From Elusimicrobiota bacterium (GTDB lineage: Bacteria > Elusimicrobiota > Elusimicrobia > UBA1565 > UBA9628), in assembly GCA_026388095.1 (NCBI GenBank), contig JAPLKL010000069.1:8117-72116 (forward strand): a stretch of 64,000 bases of DNA, in the 5' to 3' direction. The first letter of the stretch is position 1; every line of letters begins with the position of its first letter. Positions 34,857-43,532 of the stretch are shown one piece after another. A program made the translations under genes and the position numbers. The notes beneath the pieces were generated by a model, which was not told where the DNA came from, did no database searches, and saw nothing but the letters and a program-made list of their open reading frames with translations.

Positions 34857-35960
34857 GTGGGAATCAACGAAGCGACGACCCTCACGTTGGGACAGACCGC
34901 AGCCGAGATCGCCGAGCTCGTGGGCGGCGAGCTCCAAGGCGAGGCCGGCCTCATGATCACCGGGATCAAAGGCCTTCATGAGGCCGGGCCGCAGGACCTC
35001 TCTTATCTGGACTTGGCCCACGCGAAGTACCTGGCCGCCGCGGCCGCGACCAAGGCCGGGTGCGTGCTCCTGCCCGCCGCGAACCGTCAGATCGCCTGTC
35101 CCACCCAGGCCCGGATCTACGTCCCGGACACCCAGTACGCGGTCACTTTGGTCCTGGACCTCCTCGCCTCCCGCAGGTCCAAAGCCCCGGTCGGCATAGA
35201 CCCGAGGGCGCAAGTCCACTCCGAGGCCCGTCTCGGCGCCGGCGTCTCGGTGGGCCCCTTCACCGTCATCGAGCGCGGGGCCGGCATCGGCGACGGGGCC
35301 GTCATCGCCGCCCAGTGCTACATCGGGGAGAACGCCCGGATCGGGAGCTCCTCCCGCCTCTACCCTCAGGTCACGGTGCGGGAAGACTGCGTCATCGGAG
35401 ACCGCTGCATCCTCCATGCCGGCGTGGTCGTCGGGGCCGACGGCTACGGCTTCCACACCGACCGCAAGACCGGCCGGCACCGCAAGATCCAGCAGTTGGG
35501 CAACGTGGTGGTCCAGGACGACGTGGAGATCGGCGCCAACACCACGCTGGACCGCGGCAAGCTTCCCAGCGACTCCACCACGATCGGGGCCGGCACCAAG
35601 ATCGATAATCTTGTGCAGATCGGCCACAACTGCAGGATCGGCCGGGGTTGCCTCATCGTGGCCCAGGTCGGCATCGCAGGCTCCACGACGATCGGCGACT
35701 TCGTCGTCCTGGGGGGACAGGTCGGCATCGCAGGCCACCTGCGCATCGGCGACGGCGTCCAGATCGGCGCCCAGAGCGGCATCATGACGGACGTGGCGCC
35801 AGGGCAGATCCTCTTCGGCTATCCGGCCCGGCCGCACCGGGAGGCCTTCAAGCTCCAGGCCCTCTACGCCAAGCTCCCCGAGATGCACGCGGCCCTGCGC
35901 GAACTGCGCCGCAAGCTCGGAATCGGGACGGATGGTCCCGCTCAAAAACCGGAGGCATGA
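34857..35960 (+). CDS. lpxD: UDP-3-O-(3-hydroxyacyl)glucosamine N-acyltransferase LpxD
   Basis: GTG start. An N-terminal LpxD domain is followed by a left-handed beta-helix of hexapeptide repeats. Gene order bamA-skp-lpxD supports the call. Confidence 0.85.
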   Translation: MGINEATTLTLGQTAAEIAELVGGELQGEAGLMITGIKGLHEAGPQDLSYLDLAHAKYLAAAAATKAGCVLLPAANRQIACPTQARIYVPDTQYAVTLVLDLLASRRSKAPVGIDPRAQVHSEARLGAGVSVGPFTVIERGAGIGDGAVIAAQCYIGENARIGSSSRLYPQVTVREDCVIGDRCILHAGVVVGADGYGFHTDRKTGRHRKIQQLGNVVVQDDVEIGANTTLDRGKLPSDSTTIGAGTKIDNLVQIGHNCRIGRGCLIVAQVGIAGSTTIGDFVVLGGQVGIAGHLRIGDGVQIGAQSGIMTDVAPGQILFGYPARPHREAFKLQALYAKLPEMHAALRELRRKLGIGTDGPAQKPEA

Positions 35961-35961
35961 C

Positions 35962-36843
35962 ATGACCCTGAACCCCAGACAGACGACGCTCAGAGAAGAG
36001 ACGACCCTCAAAGGCGTCGGCCTGCACACCGGCAACCGCTCTCAGATCACCTTCCGCCCGGCTCCGGCCAACGCCGGATTGCGGTTCTTCCGGACCGACC
36101 TGCCCGGCATGCCCATGATCCCCGCGCGCCTCGAATTCGTGATCACCACGGTGCGGGGCACGAACCTGGGCCTGGGCGAGGCGAAAGTGCACACGGTCGA
36201 GCACGTCCTCTCCGCCTGCACGGGCGTGGGCCTGGACAACGCCGACATCCTGGTCTCGGCCAACGAGCCCCCCATCCTCGACGGCTCCGCGCTGCCCTTC
36301 GTCCAGGCGCTGCGCAAGGCCGGGCTCGCGGACCTCGCCGCGCCCCGGCGCGGGCAGCGCATCCCGGGAGAGGTCGTCTACGCCGACGGCGCCGCCCGCT
36401 ACCGCGCCGTGCCGGCGCCGGACTTCGCCATCACCGCCACGCTCATCCACGACCATCCCCTGATGCCCCGGATGACCCAGACCATCCGTCTCGACGCGCA
36501 GACCTACCTCTCCGAGGTGGCCCCGGCCCGGACCTTCTGCTTCGAGCACGAGGTGGCCTTCCTGCGCTCCCAGGGACTGGCCCAGGGCGGGTCCCTGGAC
36601 AACGCCATCGTCATCGGCAAGGACAAGTTCCACACCAACGGCGAGGGCCTGCGCTTCCCCGACGAGTTCGTCCGCCACAAGATGCTGGACCTCGTCGGAG
36701 ACCTCACCCTCATCGGACGGCCGCTGTTCAAGATGCACATCGAGGCGCAGTGCCTGGGACACGCGCACAACGTGGAGTTCGCCAAGCGCCTCGCCGCCGC
36801 CGCCGCTTCCCTGCGGCGCAAATCCGTGTCCGTGGAGGCCTGA
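35962..36843 (+). CDS. lpxC: UDP-3-O-acyl-N-acetylglucosamine deacetylase LpxC
   Basis: MTLNPRQTTL...TLKGVGLHTGN (LpxC N-terminal signature) and HKMLDLVGDL are present. A GGAGG RBS precedes the chosen ATG. Confidence 0.85.
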   Translation: MTLNPRQTTLREETTLKGVGLHTGNRSQITFRPAPANAGLRFFRTDLPGMPMIPARLEFVITTVRGTNLGLGEAKVHTVEHVLSACTGVGLDNADILVSANEPPILDGSALPFVQALRKAGLADLAAPRRGQRIPGEVVYADGAARYRAVPAPDFAITATLIHDHPLMPRMTQTIRLDAQTYLSEVAPARTFCFEHEVAFLRSQGLAQGGSLDNAIVIGKDKFHTNGEGLRFPDEFVRHKMLDLVGDLTLIGRPLFKMHIEAQCLGHAHNVEFAKRLAAAAASLRRKSVSVEA

Positions 36844-37323
36844 ATGCACGAAGAGAGGACCGAACCGAAGGACCTGCCCCCCATCGTCAAGACGATGGAC
36901 ATCAAGGCCATCCGCAAGGCCATCCCCCACCGCTACCCCTTCCTGCTCGTCGACAAGGTCGAGCTCCTGGAGGGCGGCAAACTGGTCATCGGGACCAAGT
37001 GCGTCAGCGGCAACGAGCCCTTCTTCGCGGGGCATTTTCCCGAGCACCCGGTCATGCCGGGAGTCCTCATCATGGAGGCCATGGCCCAGACCGCCGCGGC
37101 CATGGTCCTCTCCCGGCCGGATTTCGCCGGCAGGCTCGCCTATTTCATGGGCATCGACGAGGCCAAGTTCCGCCTGCCCGTATTCCCCGGCAGCGTGCTG
37201 AGGATGCACCTGGAGGCCCAGCGCATGGGGCGCATCGGCAAGTTCCGCGGCGACGCCTACGTGGACGGCAAGCTCGCGGCCGAAGCCACGCTGACCTTCG
37301 CCGTGGTCGACAAGGAGGCCTGA
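36844..37323 (+). CDS. fabZ: 3-Hydroxyacyl-ACP dehydratase FabZ
   Basis: [12 protein letters not shown]...[20 protein letters not shown] is the canonical FabZ hot-dog motif. Confidence 0.9.
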   Translation: MHEERTEPKDLPPIVKTMDIKAIRKAIPHRYPFLLVDKVELLEGGKLVIGTKCVSGNEPFFAGHFPEHPVMPGVLIMEAMAQTAAAMVLSRPDFAGRLAYFMGIDEAKFRLPVFPGSVLRMHLEAQRMGRIGKFRGDAYVDGKLAAEATLTFAVVDKEA

Positions 37324-38126
37324 TGAGCATCCATGCGACGGCTGTCGTACACCCCACCGCCAAGCTCGATCCGAGCGTCGAGGTGGGCCCCCACGCCGTC
37401 ATCGGTCCCGAGACCGTGATCGGGCCGGGTTGCCTCATCGGCCCGCACTGCGTCGTGGAGTACGCGACCTTGGGCCGCGAGAACCGCCTGGTGGCCTCCT
37501 GCTTCGTGGGCGGCCCGCCGCAGGACCTCCATTACAAGGGCGAGCCCACGCGCCTGGTCATGGGCGACCGCAACATCGTGCGCGAAGGCGTGACCTTGAA
37601 CCGCGGCACGACGGCCACCAACGAGACGCGCATCGGCTCCGGCTGCCTGTTCATGGCCCTCTCGCACGTGGCGCATGACTGCCGGGTCGGCAACAACGTC
37701 ATCATGGCCAACGCCACCGGCCTGGCCGGCCACGTGCAGATCGCCGACGGCGCCATCCTCTCGACGATGATCGGGGTCCACCAATTCACGCGCATCGGCC
37801 GCCTGGTCATGGTCAGCGCGGGCTCCATGATCGGCAAGGACATCCCGCCCTTCTGCGTGGCCCAAGGCGACCGGGCTCATCTGCGCGGACTCAACATCAT
37901 CGGCTTGCGGCGGGCGGGCTTCACCCCCGCCGTCATCCGGGCGCTGAAGAACGCCTACGTCGACCTGTTCCAGCCCGGCCTGCGCCTGGAGGAGGCCGCG
38001 GCGAAGCTGCGCGCCTCCAACCCCGGCCCCGAAGTCACGGAATTCCTGGACTTCATCTCCCAGGGCAAACGCGGCATCACGCGGCCCAAGGCGGGCGCGG
38101 TCGAAGAAGAGGAGGCCGCGGTCTGA
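37323..38126 (+). CDS. lpxA: UDP-N-acetylglucosamine O-acyltransferase LpxA
   Basis: Its ATG overlaps the fabZ stop. Hexapeptide repeats (IHPTAKLDPSVEVGPHAVIGP...) are followed by an LpxA C-terminal helical domain. Confidence 0.85.
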   Translation: MSIHATAVVHPTAKLDPSVEVGPHAVIGPETVIGPGCLIGPHCVVEYATLGRENRLVASCFVGGPPQDLHYKGEPTRLVMGDRNIVREGVTLNRGTTATNETRIGSGCLFMALSHVAHDCRVGNNVIMANATGLAGHVQIADGAILSTMIGVHQFTRIGRLVMVSAGSMIGKDIPPFCVAQGDRAHLRGLNIIGLRRAGFTPAVIRALKNAYVDLFQPGLRLEEAAAKLRASNPGPEVTEFLDFISQGKRGITRPKAGAVEEEEAAV

Positions 38127-38194
38127 GCGACCCCATCGGCCTGCTCGCCGGCTCCGGACGCTTCCCCCTGCTCTTCGCGGCCGAGGCGCGCCGG

Positions 38195-38968
38195 ATGAGC
38201 GTCCCGGTGGTGGCCTTGGGCATCAAAGACGTCACCGACCCGGCCCTGGAGGGCCTGGCCGGCAAGGTCCAGTACTTCCCTTTGGGGCAGCTCTCCAAGC
38301 CCATCGCGGCCCTGAAGGCGGCGGGCGTACGGCGGGCGGTCATGGTGGGCAAGGTCCAGCACGTCTCGCTCTTCGGCGGGGTGATGCCCGACCTGCGCGC
38401 GATCAAGGTCCTGGCCTCCCTGAAGGACAAACGCACGGACACCATCCTGCGGGCCGTGGCCGACGAGTTCGCCAAGGACGGCATCGAGCTGCTCTCGTCG
38501 GCCACGTTCCTCTCGCACCTGCTGGTCCCGCAGGGGCCGCTGACCCGGCGCCGGCCCACGGCCGCGGAACTGGCCGACTTCCGCCTGGGCTGGTCGGCGG
38601 CCAAGGCCGTGGCCGGCTTCGACATCGGCCAGACCGTCGTGGTCAAGGACGGGGCGGTCATCGCGGTGGAAGCCATGGAAGGGACCGATGCCGCCATCCT
38701 CAGAGCGCGGGACTTGGCGCGCTCCCAAGGCCGGGAGACCGCGCTCACCGTGGTCAAGGTGGCCAAGCCCAGGCAGGACCTGCGCTTCGATATCCCGGTC
38801 CTGGGGCTCGACTCGCTTGCGATATTCGCCGAAGCCGGAGTCTCGGCCGTGGCTGTGGAGGCCGGGACCACGCTCATCTTCGACAAGGACGAGTTCCTCC
38901 GCCGTGCCGACGGCCAGAAGCTGGCTGTCGTCGGCCTGCCCGCCGGAGGCCCTGAGGGGGCGATATGA
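38195..38968 (+). CDS. lpxI: UDP-2,3-diacylglucosamine hydrolase LpxI (DUF1009). The N-terminus probably extends upstream to ~38123 with a non-canonical start.
   Basis: The ATG-defined ORF begins MSVPVVALG. The in-frame upstream sequence encodes the conserved LpxI N-terminus IGLLAGSGRFPLLFA but has no ATG, GTG or TTG. Confidence 0.7.
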   Translation: MSVPVVALGIKDVTDPALEGLAGKVQYFPLGQLSKPIAALKAAGVRRAVMVGKVQHVSLFGGVMPDLRAIKVLASLKDKRTDTILRAVADEFAKDGIELLSSATFLSHLLVPQGPLTRRRPTAAELADFRLGWSAAKAVAGFDIGQTVVVKDGAVIAVEAMEGTDAAILRARDLARSQGRETALTVVKVAKPRQDLRFDIPVLGLDSLAIFAEAGVSAVAVEAGTTLIFDKDEFLRRADGQKLAVVGLPAGGPEGAI

Positions 38969-40011
38969 CCCACGATTCCCGCATCAAGATCGGAGTCCTC
39001 GGCGCCGGCAAGATCGGCACGCTGCACGCCAAGGTCCTGACCAAGACCCCGGATTTCGAGCTGGTCGGCGTCTGCGACACCAACCTCTGGCGCGCGCAGC
39101 TCGCGGCCTGGCAATGCAACACGGTGGCGGTGCGCGACTACCGCGACGTCATCGCCAAGTCCGACGCGGTGATTGTCGGCGTGCCCACACCCCTGCACCA
39201 CGAGGTGGGGCTGGCCGCCATCCGGGCGGGCAAGCACGTCCTCATCGAGAAGCCCCTGGCCTCCTCCGTGGATGAGGCCAAGGAGCTGCTGGCCGAGGCC
39301 GAGGCTCACAACGTGGTGCTCATGGTCGGGCACGTGGAGCGCTTCAACCCGGTGGTCCTGGAGGCGCTCAAGCACATCCGCAACCCGCGCTTCATCACGG
39401 TCGAGCGCCTGGGGCCCTACGACCCCCGCATGAGCCACATCGGCGTGGTCCTCGACCTCATGATCCACGACCTCGACATCCTCCTGACGCTGGTCGGCTC
39501 CCCGGTGGACTCCCTGGAAGCCGTGGGCGCGCACCTGCTCAGCCAGAAGGAGGACATCGCCAACGTGCGCGTGCGCTTCAAGTCCGGCTGCATCGCGGAC
39601 CTGACGGCCAGCCGCATCTCGCTCGACAAGAGCCGCAAGCTGCGGGTGTTCCAGAAGGACTCCTACATCTCCGTGGACTACGGCAATACCACGATCAAGA
39701 TCGCCAGGAAGAAGTCCGCCGTCATCAAAAGCCTCAAAGACATCGAGGTGATCCGGCCCAAGTTCGTCAAGACCGAGCCGCTGCGCAACGAGCACCTGCA
39801 TTTCCTCGACTGCATCCGCCACCATCGCAAGCCTTGGCCCAGCGGCGAGCACGGCATCGAGGCCCTCAAGCTCGCCTTGCAGATCTCCGAGGAACTGCAG
39901 CGCTACGAGGTCTCCGACTATGCCGAGACGCGGTCCCTGGTCCCGCCCTGGGCCCAGGACCTCGGCCGCATCGCCAAGAGCGTGAGCAAGGACATCCTGC
40001 GCGGCGACTGA
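38965..40011 (+). CDS. Gfo/Idh/MocA-family oxidoreductase inside the lpx cluster (GnnA-like UDP-GlcNAc 3-dehydrogenase candidate)
   Basis: Rossmann fold IGVLGAGKIGTLHA and the EKP motif (LIEKPL) are present. The gene sits between lpxI and lpxB. Confidence 0.7.
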   Translation: MTHDSRIKIGVLGAGKIGTLHAKVLTKTPDFELVGVCDTNLWRAQLAAWQCNTVAVRDYRDVIAKSDAVIVGVPTPLHHEVGLAAIRAGKHVLIEKPLASSVDEAKELLAEAEAHNVVLMVGHVERFNPVVLEALKHIRNPRFITVERLGPYDPRMSHIGVVLDLMIHDLDILLTLVGSPVDSLEAVGAHLLSQKEDIANVRVRFKSGCIADLTASRISLDKSRKLRVFQKDSYISVDYGNTTIKIARKKSAVIKSLKDIEVIRPKFVKTEPLRNEHLHFLDCIRHHRKPWPSGEHGIEALKLALQISEELQRYEVSDYAETRSLVPPWAQDLGRIAKSVSKDILRGD

Positions 40012-41126
40012 TGGACAGGCCCCTCATCCTCATCGTCGCCGGCGACCCTTCCGGTGACCTGCACGGCGCCGCCCTGGCGCGGGAACTCAAGTCCGGCGGC
40101 GCCCGCGTGGCCGCGGTGGGGGGCCCGCTCCTGCGCCGGGAAGCCGACGAGTTCCTGGAGGACCTGGCCTCGCACGCCATCACGGGATTCTGGGAGCCGG
40201 TGGCCAAGGTGGGGTTTTTATTGCGGCTGGGCCTGCGCCTGAAGCGCTATCTCATCGCCTGCCGGCCCGCGGCTTTGGTCTGCATAGACTATTACGGCTT
40301 CAACCGCCGCGTCCTGGGACTGGCCAAGGCCGCGGGAGTGCCGGCCTACTACTTCATCAGCCCGCAGGTCTGGGCCAGTCGAGCCGGGCGGATAAACACC
40401 CTGAAGCGGCTCGTGCGCCGCATGCTGGTCATCTTCCCTTTCGAAGCCAAGCTCTACAGCGCGGCCGGGGTCCCCTGCACCTTCGTAGGCCACCCGCTCC
40501 TGGACCTCATCCCGGCCCCCGCCGACCGGCCTGCCCTCAAGCCGCCCTTCACGATCGGCCTTCTGCCGGGCAGCCGGTCCACCGAGGTGCGCCGCCACCT
40601 GCCGGTCTTCCTGGAGGCCTTCCAGCGGCTCCGGCAGATCTTCCCGGGCTCCCAGGCCGTGATCTTCGCATCCCCCCATCTGCCGGATTCGGCCTACGCT
40701 CCCGCAGCGGGCTTGGCCGAGCTCGTGCGCGAAGAAGGCTACACCCGGCGCGCCGCTCTGGACCTGGCCATGTCCTCCTCGGGCACGGCCACATTGGAGA
40801 ACGCCCTCCTGGGCGTGCCCATGGTGGTGGTCTACAAGATGTCCTGGCCCACCTACGCCGTGGCCCGGAGCATCATCCAGGTCAAGTACATCGCCATGGC
40901 CAACCTGCTGGCCGGCCGGGGCTTGGTGCCGGAGCTCATCCAGGCCGACGCCACGCCGCAGAAGGTGGCCGATGCCGCCCGGGCGCTGCTCGGCGAGCCC
41001 GGTCGCTACGCGCGGCTGCGCCAGGACCTGCTGTCCCTGCGCGGGGTCCTGGGTGAGCCGGGCGCGGCCCGGCGCGCCGCGGGCGAGGTGCTCGCCGGCC
41101 TGGGCGCCAAGGCGGTCCGCGCATGA
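40011..41126 (+). CDS. lpxB: Lipid-A-disaccharide synthase LpxB
   Basis: Start MDRPLILIVAGDPSGDLHGAAL is the LpxB N-terminal signature. The protein is ~371 aa. Its ATG overlaps the upstream stop as TGATG. Confidence 0.85.
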   Translation: MDRPLILIVAGDPSGDLHGAALARELKSGGARVAAVGGPLLRREADEFLEDLASHAITGFWEPVAKVGFLLRLGLRLKRYLIACRPAALVCIDYYGFNRRVLGLAKAAGVPAYYFISPQVWASRAGRINTLKRLVRRMLVIFPFEAKLYSAAGVPCTFVGHPLLDLIPAPADRPALKPPFTIGLLPGSRSTEVRRHLPVFLEAFQRLRQIFPGSQAVIFASPHLPDSAYAPAAGLAELVREEGYTRRAALDLAMSSSGTATLENALLGVPMVVVYKMSWPTYAVARSIIQVKYIAMANLLAGRGLVPELIQADATPQKVADAARALLGEPGRYARLRQDLLSLRGVLGEPGAARRAAGEVLAGLGAKAVRA

Positions 41127-42067
41127 ACGTCCCGGCGCGCTTCGGGCCCTACCTGCGGCCGCACCGGAGGCGCTTCGCCTGGGCCGTGGCCGCCATGTGC
41201 GCGGTGGCCGCCTTCAATGGCGGGGCGGTGCTCCTGCTCAAGCCCATCGTGGACCGCATCTTCATCGCCCGCGACCTGCGCATGCTCTGGCTGGCGGTCC
41301 TGGCCGTGCCGCTCCTGATGGCCGGCAAGACCGCGGTCTCCTACGTCCAGAACTACCTCATGAGCTGGATCGGGCAGAGCGTGACCCAGAGCATCCGGGA
41401 GGACCTGTTCCGCAACCTGCTGCTGTCCCCGCCGCGCTTGGCGGGCAGCCGCAAGGGAGCGGAGGTGCTTTCGCGCGTGACCAACGACCTGGCCATCATG
41501 CAGACCGAACTGGTTTCCGTGCCGCTCTACCTGATCCGAGACTCCATGACCTTGGTGTTCCTGTCCATATCCCTGCTCTATCTGGATTGGCGGCTCGCTC
41601 TGCTGGCCCTGGCCGGGACCCCGGCCACGGTCGTGGCCTTCGTGATCCTGAGCCGCAAGATGCGGCGCTACAGCCTGCAGAGCCAGGCCGTGATGGAGCG
41701 ACTCACGGACCGCTTCGAGGCGAGCCTCAGCGGTGCCTCGACCTTGGACGAGTTCCAAAAAGAGAACGCGGTCTTCTTTTCGCTCATGATGCGCTACCTG
41801 CGCGCCACCGCCCTGGCCGCCCCGCTCATGGAGCTCTGCGGTTCGTTGGCCGTGGCCGCGCTCCTCTACTTCGGCGGCCGCGAGGTCATCAACGGCCAGA
41901 TGACGCCCGGCGCCTTCTTCGCCTTCCTGGGCGCTTTCCTCTCGGCCTACGCGCCGATCAAGAACCTCGCGCGCACGAATTCCGACCTGCAGCGGGCCCT
42001 GGCCTCGGGGGAACGCATCTTCGAGCTGCTCGACCGGGCCCCGGCCGCCGCCGTGGAGGCTCGATGA
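41123..42067 (+). CDS. ABC exporter transmembrane domain only (MsbA/ABC_membrane-like, six TM helices) with no nucleotide-binding domain
   Basis: 314 aa of ABC_membrane-like TMD sequence. The protein ends before any Walker A motif. The next gene starts with an ATGA overlap. Confidence 0.65.
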   Translation: MNVPARFGPYLRPHRRRFAWAVAAMCAVAAFNGGAVLLLKPIVDRIFIARDLRMLWLAVLAVPLLMAGKTAVSYVQNYLMSWIGQSVTQSIREDLFRNLLLSPPRLAGSRKGAEVLSRVTNDLAIMQTELVSVPLYLIRDSMTLVFLSISLLYLDWRLALLALAGTPATVVAFVILSRKMRRYSLQSQAVMERLTDRFEASLSGASTLDEFQKENAVFFSLMMRYLRATALAAPLMELCGSLAVAALLYFGGREVINGQMTPGAFFAFLGAFLSAYAPIKNLARTNSDLQRALASGERIFELLDRAPAAAVEAR

Positions 42068-43515
42068 CCCCCTTGGGCAAGGAGCAGCTCATCGCCCAGT
42101 TCGCGGCCTATGCCCAGCACGTGGACACGGCGATCCTCGGCAAGGCCTACGATTTCTCGGTCCGGGCCCACGCGGACCAGGAGCGGGCCTCCGGCGAGGT
42201 CTACTTCGTGCACTGCCAGTCCGTGGCGACGTCCTTGGTGGAATGGAAGATGGACCTGCCCACCATCTGCGCCGGCCTGCTGCACGACACCTTGGAAGAC
42301 ACCCCGGTCACCCAGGAGGCCATGCAAGCGGAGTTCGGCGAAGAGATCACGCGCCTGGTCCTGGGCGTGACCAAGCTCGAACGCCTGCAGTACTCCTCCC
42401 GGGACGACGTGCAGGCCGAGAACTGGCGCAAGATGCTCCTGGCCACGGCGCAGGACATCCGCGTCATCGTCATCAAGCTGGCCGACCGCCTGCACAACAT
42501 GCGCACGCTGGGCTACCTCCCCGAAGACAAGCGGCAGCGCATCGCCCACGAGACCGTCGCCCTTTACGCGCCCCTGGCGCATCGGCTGGGGATGTTCCAG
42601 CTCAAGGGCGAGCTGGAGGACCTGGGCTTCAAGCATCTCTGGCCCAAGGAGTTCGCGGACCTGGAGGCCAAGGTCAACGCGATGATGACGGCCCGGGAAG
42701 CGACGCTGAAGAAATTCAAGGAATCGCTGGAGAAGGCCTTGGCGGACACGCAGATCGCCCACCGCATCCTCTCGCGCTCCAAGAGCCTCTATTCGATCTA
42801 CGGGAAGATGCAGCGCCAGAAGAAGCCTTTCGAGGAGATCCAGGACGCGCTGGGGGTGCGCATCATCACGGACACGATCTCCAACTGCTACGCGCTCCTG
42901 GGCGTCGTGCACACCCAGTTCAAGCCCGTGGCCGGGAGCTTCACGGACTACATCTCCATCCCCAAGATGAACCTCTACCAGAGCCTGCACACCACCGTGA
43001 TGGGGCCCGGCGGGGAGCTGGTGGAGATCCAGCTCCGCACGGAGGAGATGCACCGCACCGCGGAGTACGGCATCGCGGCGCACTGGCGCTACAAGACGGC
43101 CGAGCACGCCAAGGACGCGCACCTGGAGGAGAAGCTCAACTGGCTGCGGCAATGGATCGAGTGGCTGCAGGACTTGAAGAGCCCCCGCGAGTTCCTCGAC
43201 AGCCTGAAGACCGACCTGGAGCTCAACCAGGTCTTCGTCTTCACTCCCGCCGGGGAGGTCAAGCCCCTGCCCGCGGGCTCCACCCCGCTGGATTTCGCCT
43301 TCGCCGTGCACACGGACATCGGCTACTCCTGCGTGGGAGCCCATGTCAACAACAAGATGGTGCGGCTGGACTACCAGCTCAAATCCGGCGACATCTGCAA
43401 GATCATCACCAAGCGGGGCTCTCTGCCCAAGAAGGACTGGCTGATGTTCGTGAAGACCGCCCGGGCGCGCTCCAAGATCCGGCATTTCCTGCGCGAAAAA
43501 GGCATCGTCGCCTGA
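42064..43515 (+). CDS. rel: Bifunctional (p)ppGpp synthetase/hydrolase, short Rel/SpoT form (HD, synthetase and TGS domains; no ACT/RRM domain)
   Basis: The HD motif LLHDTLEDT, the synthetase region (RIITD...SLH) and the TGS domain are present. The protein stops after the TGS domain. Confidence 0.8.
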   Translation: MTPLGKEQLIAQFAAYAQHVDTAILGKAYDFSVRAHADQERASGEVYFVHCQSVATSLVEWKMDLPTICAGLLHDTLEDTPVTQEAMQAEFGEEITRLVLGVTKLERLQYSSRDDVQAENWRKMLLATAQDIRVIVIKLADRLHNMRTLGYLPEDKRQRIAHETVALYAPLAHRLGMFQLKGELEDLGFKHLWPKEFADLEAKVNAMMTAREATLKKFKESLEKALADTQIAHRILSRSKSLYSIYGKMQRQKKPFEEIQDALGVRIITDTISNCYALLGVVHTQFKPVAGSFTDYISIPKMNLYQSLHTTVMGPGGELVEIQLRTEEMHRTAEYGIAAHWRYKTAEHAKDAHLEEKLNWLRQWIEWLQDLKSPREFLDSLKTDLELNQVFVFTPAGEVKPLPAGSTPLDFAFAVHTDIGYSCVGAHVNNKMVRLDYQLKSGDICKIITKRGSLPKKDWLMFVKTARARSKIRHFLREKGIVA

Positions 43516-43532
43516 CGGTCCTCCCCGTTGTG

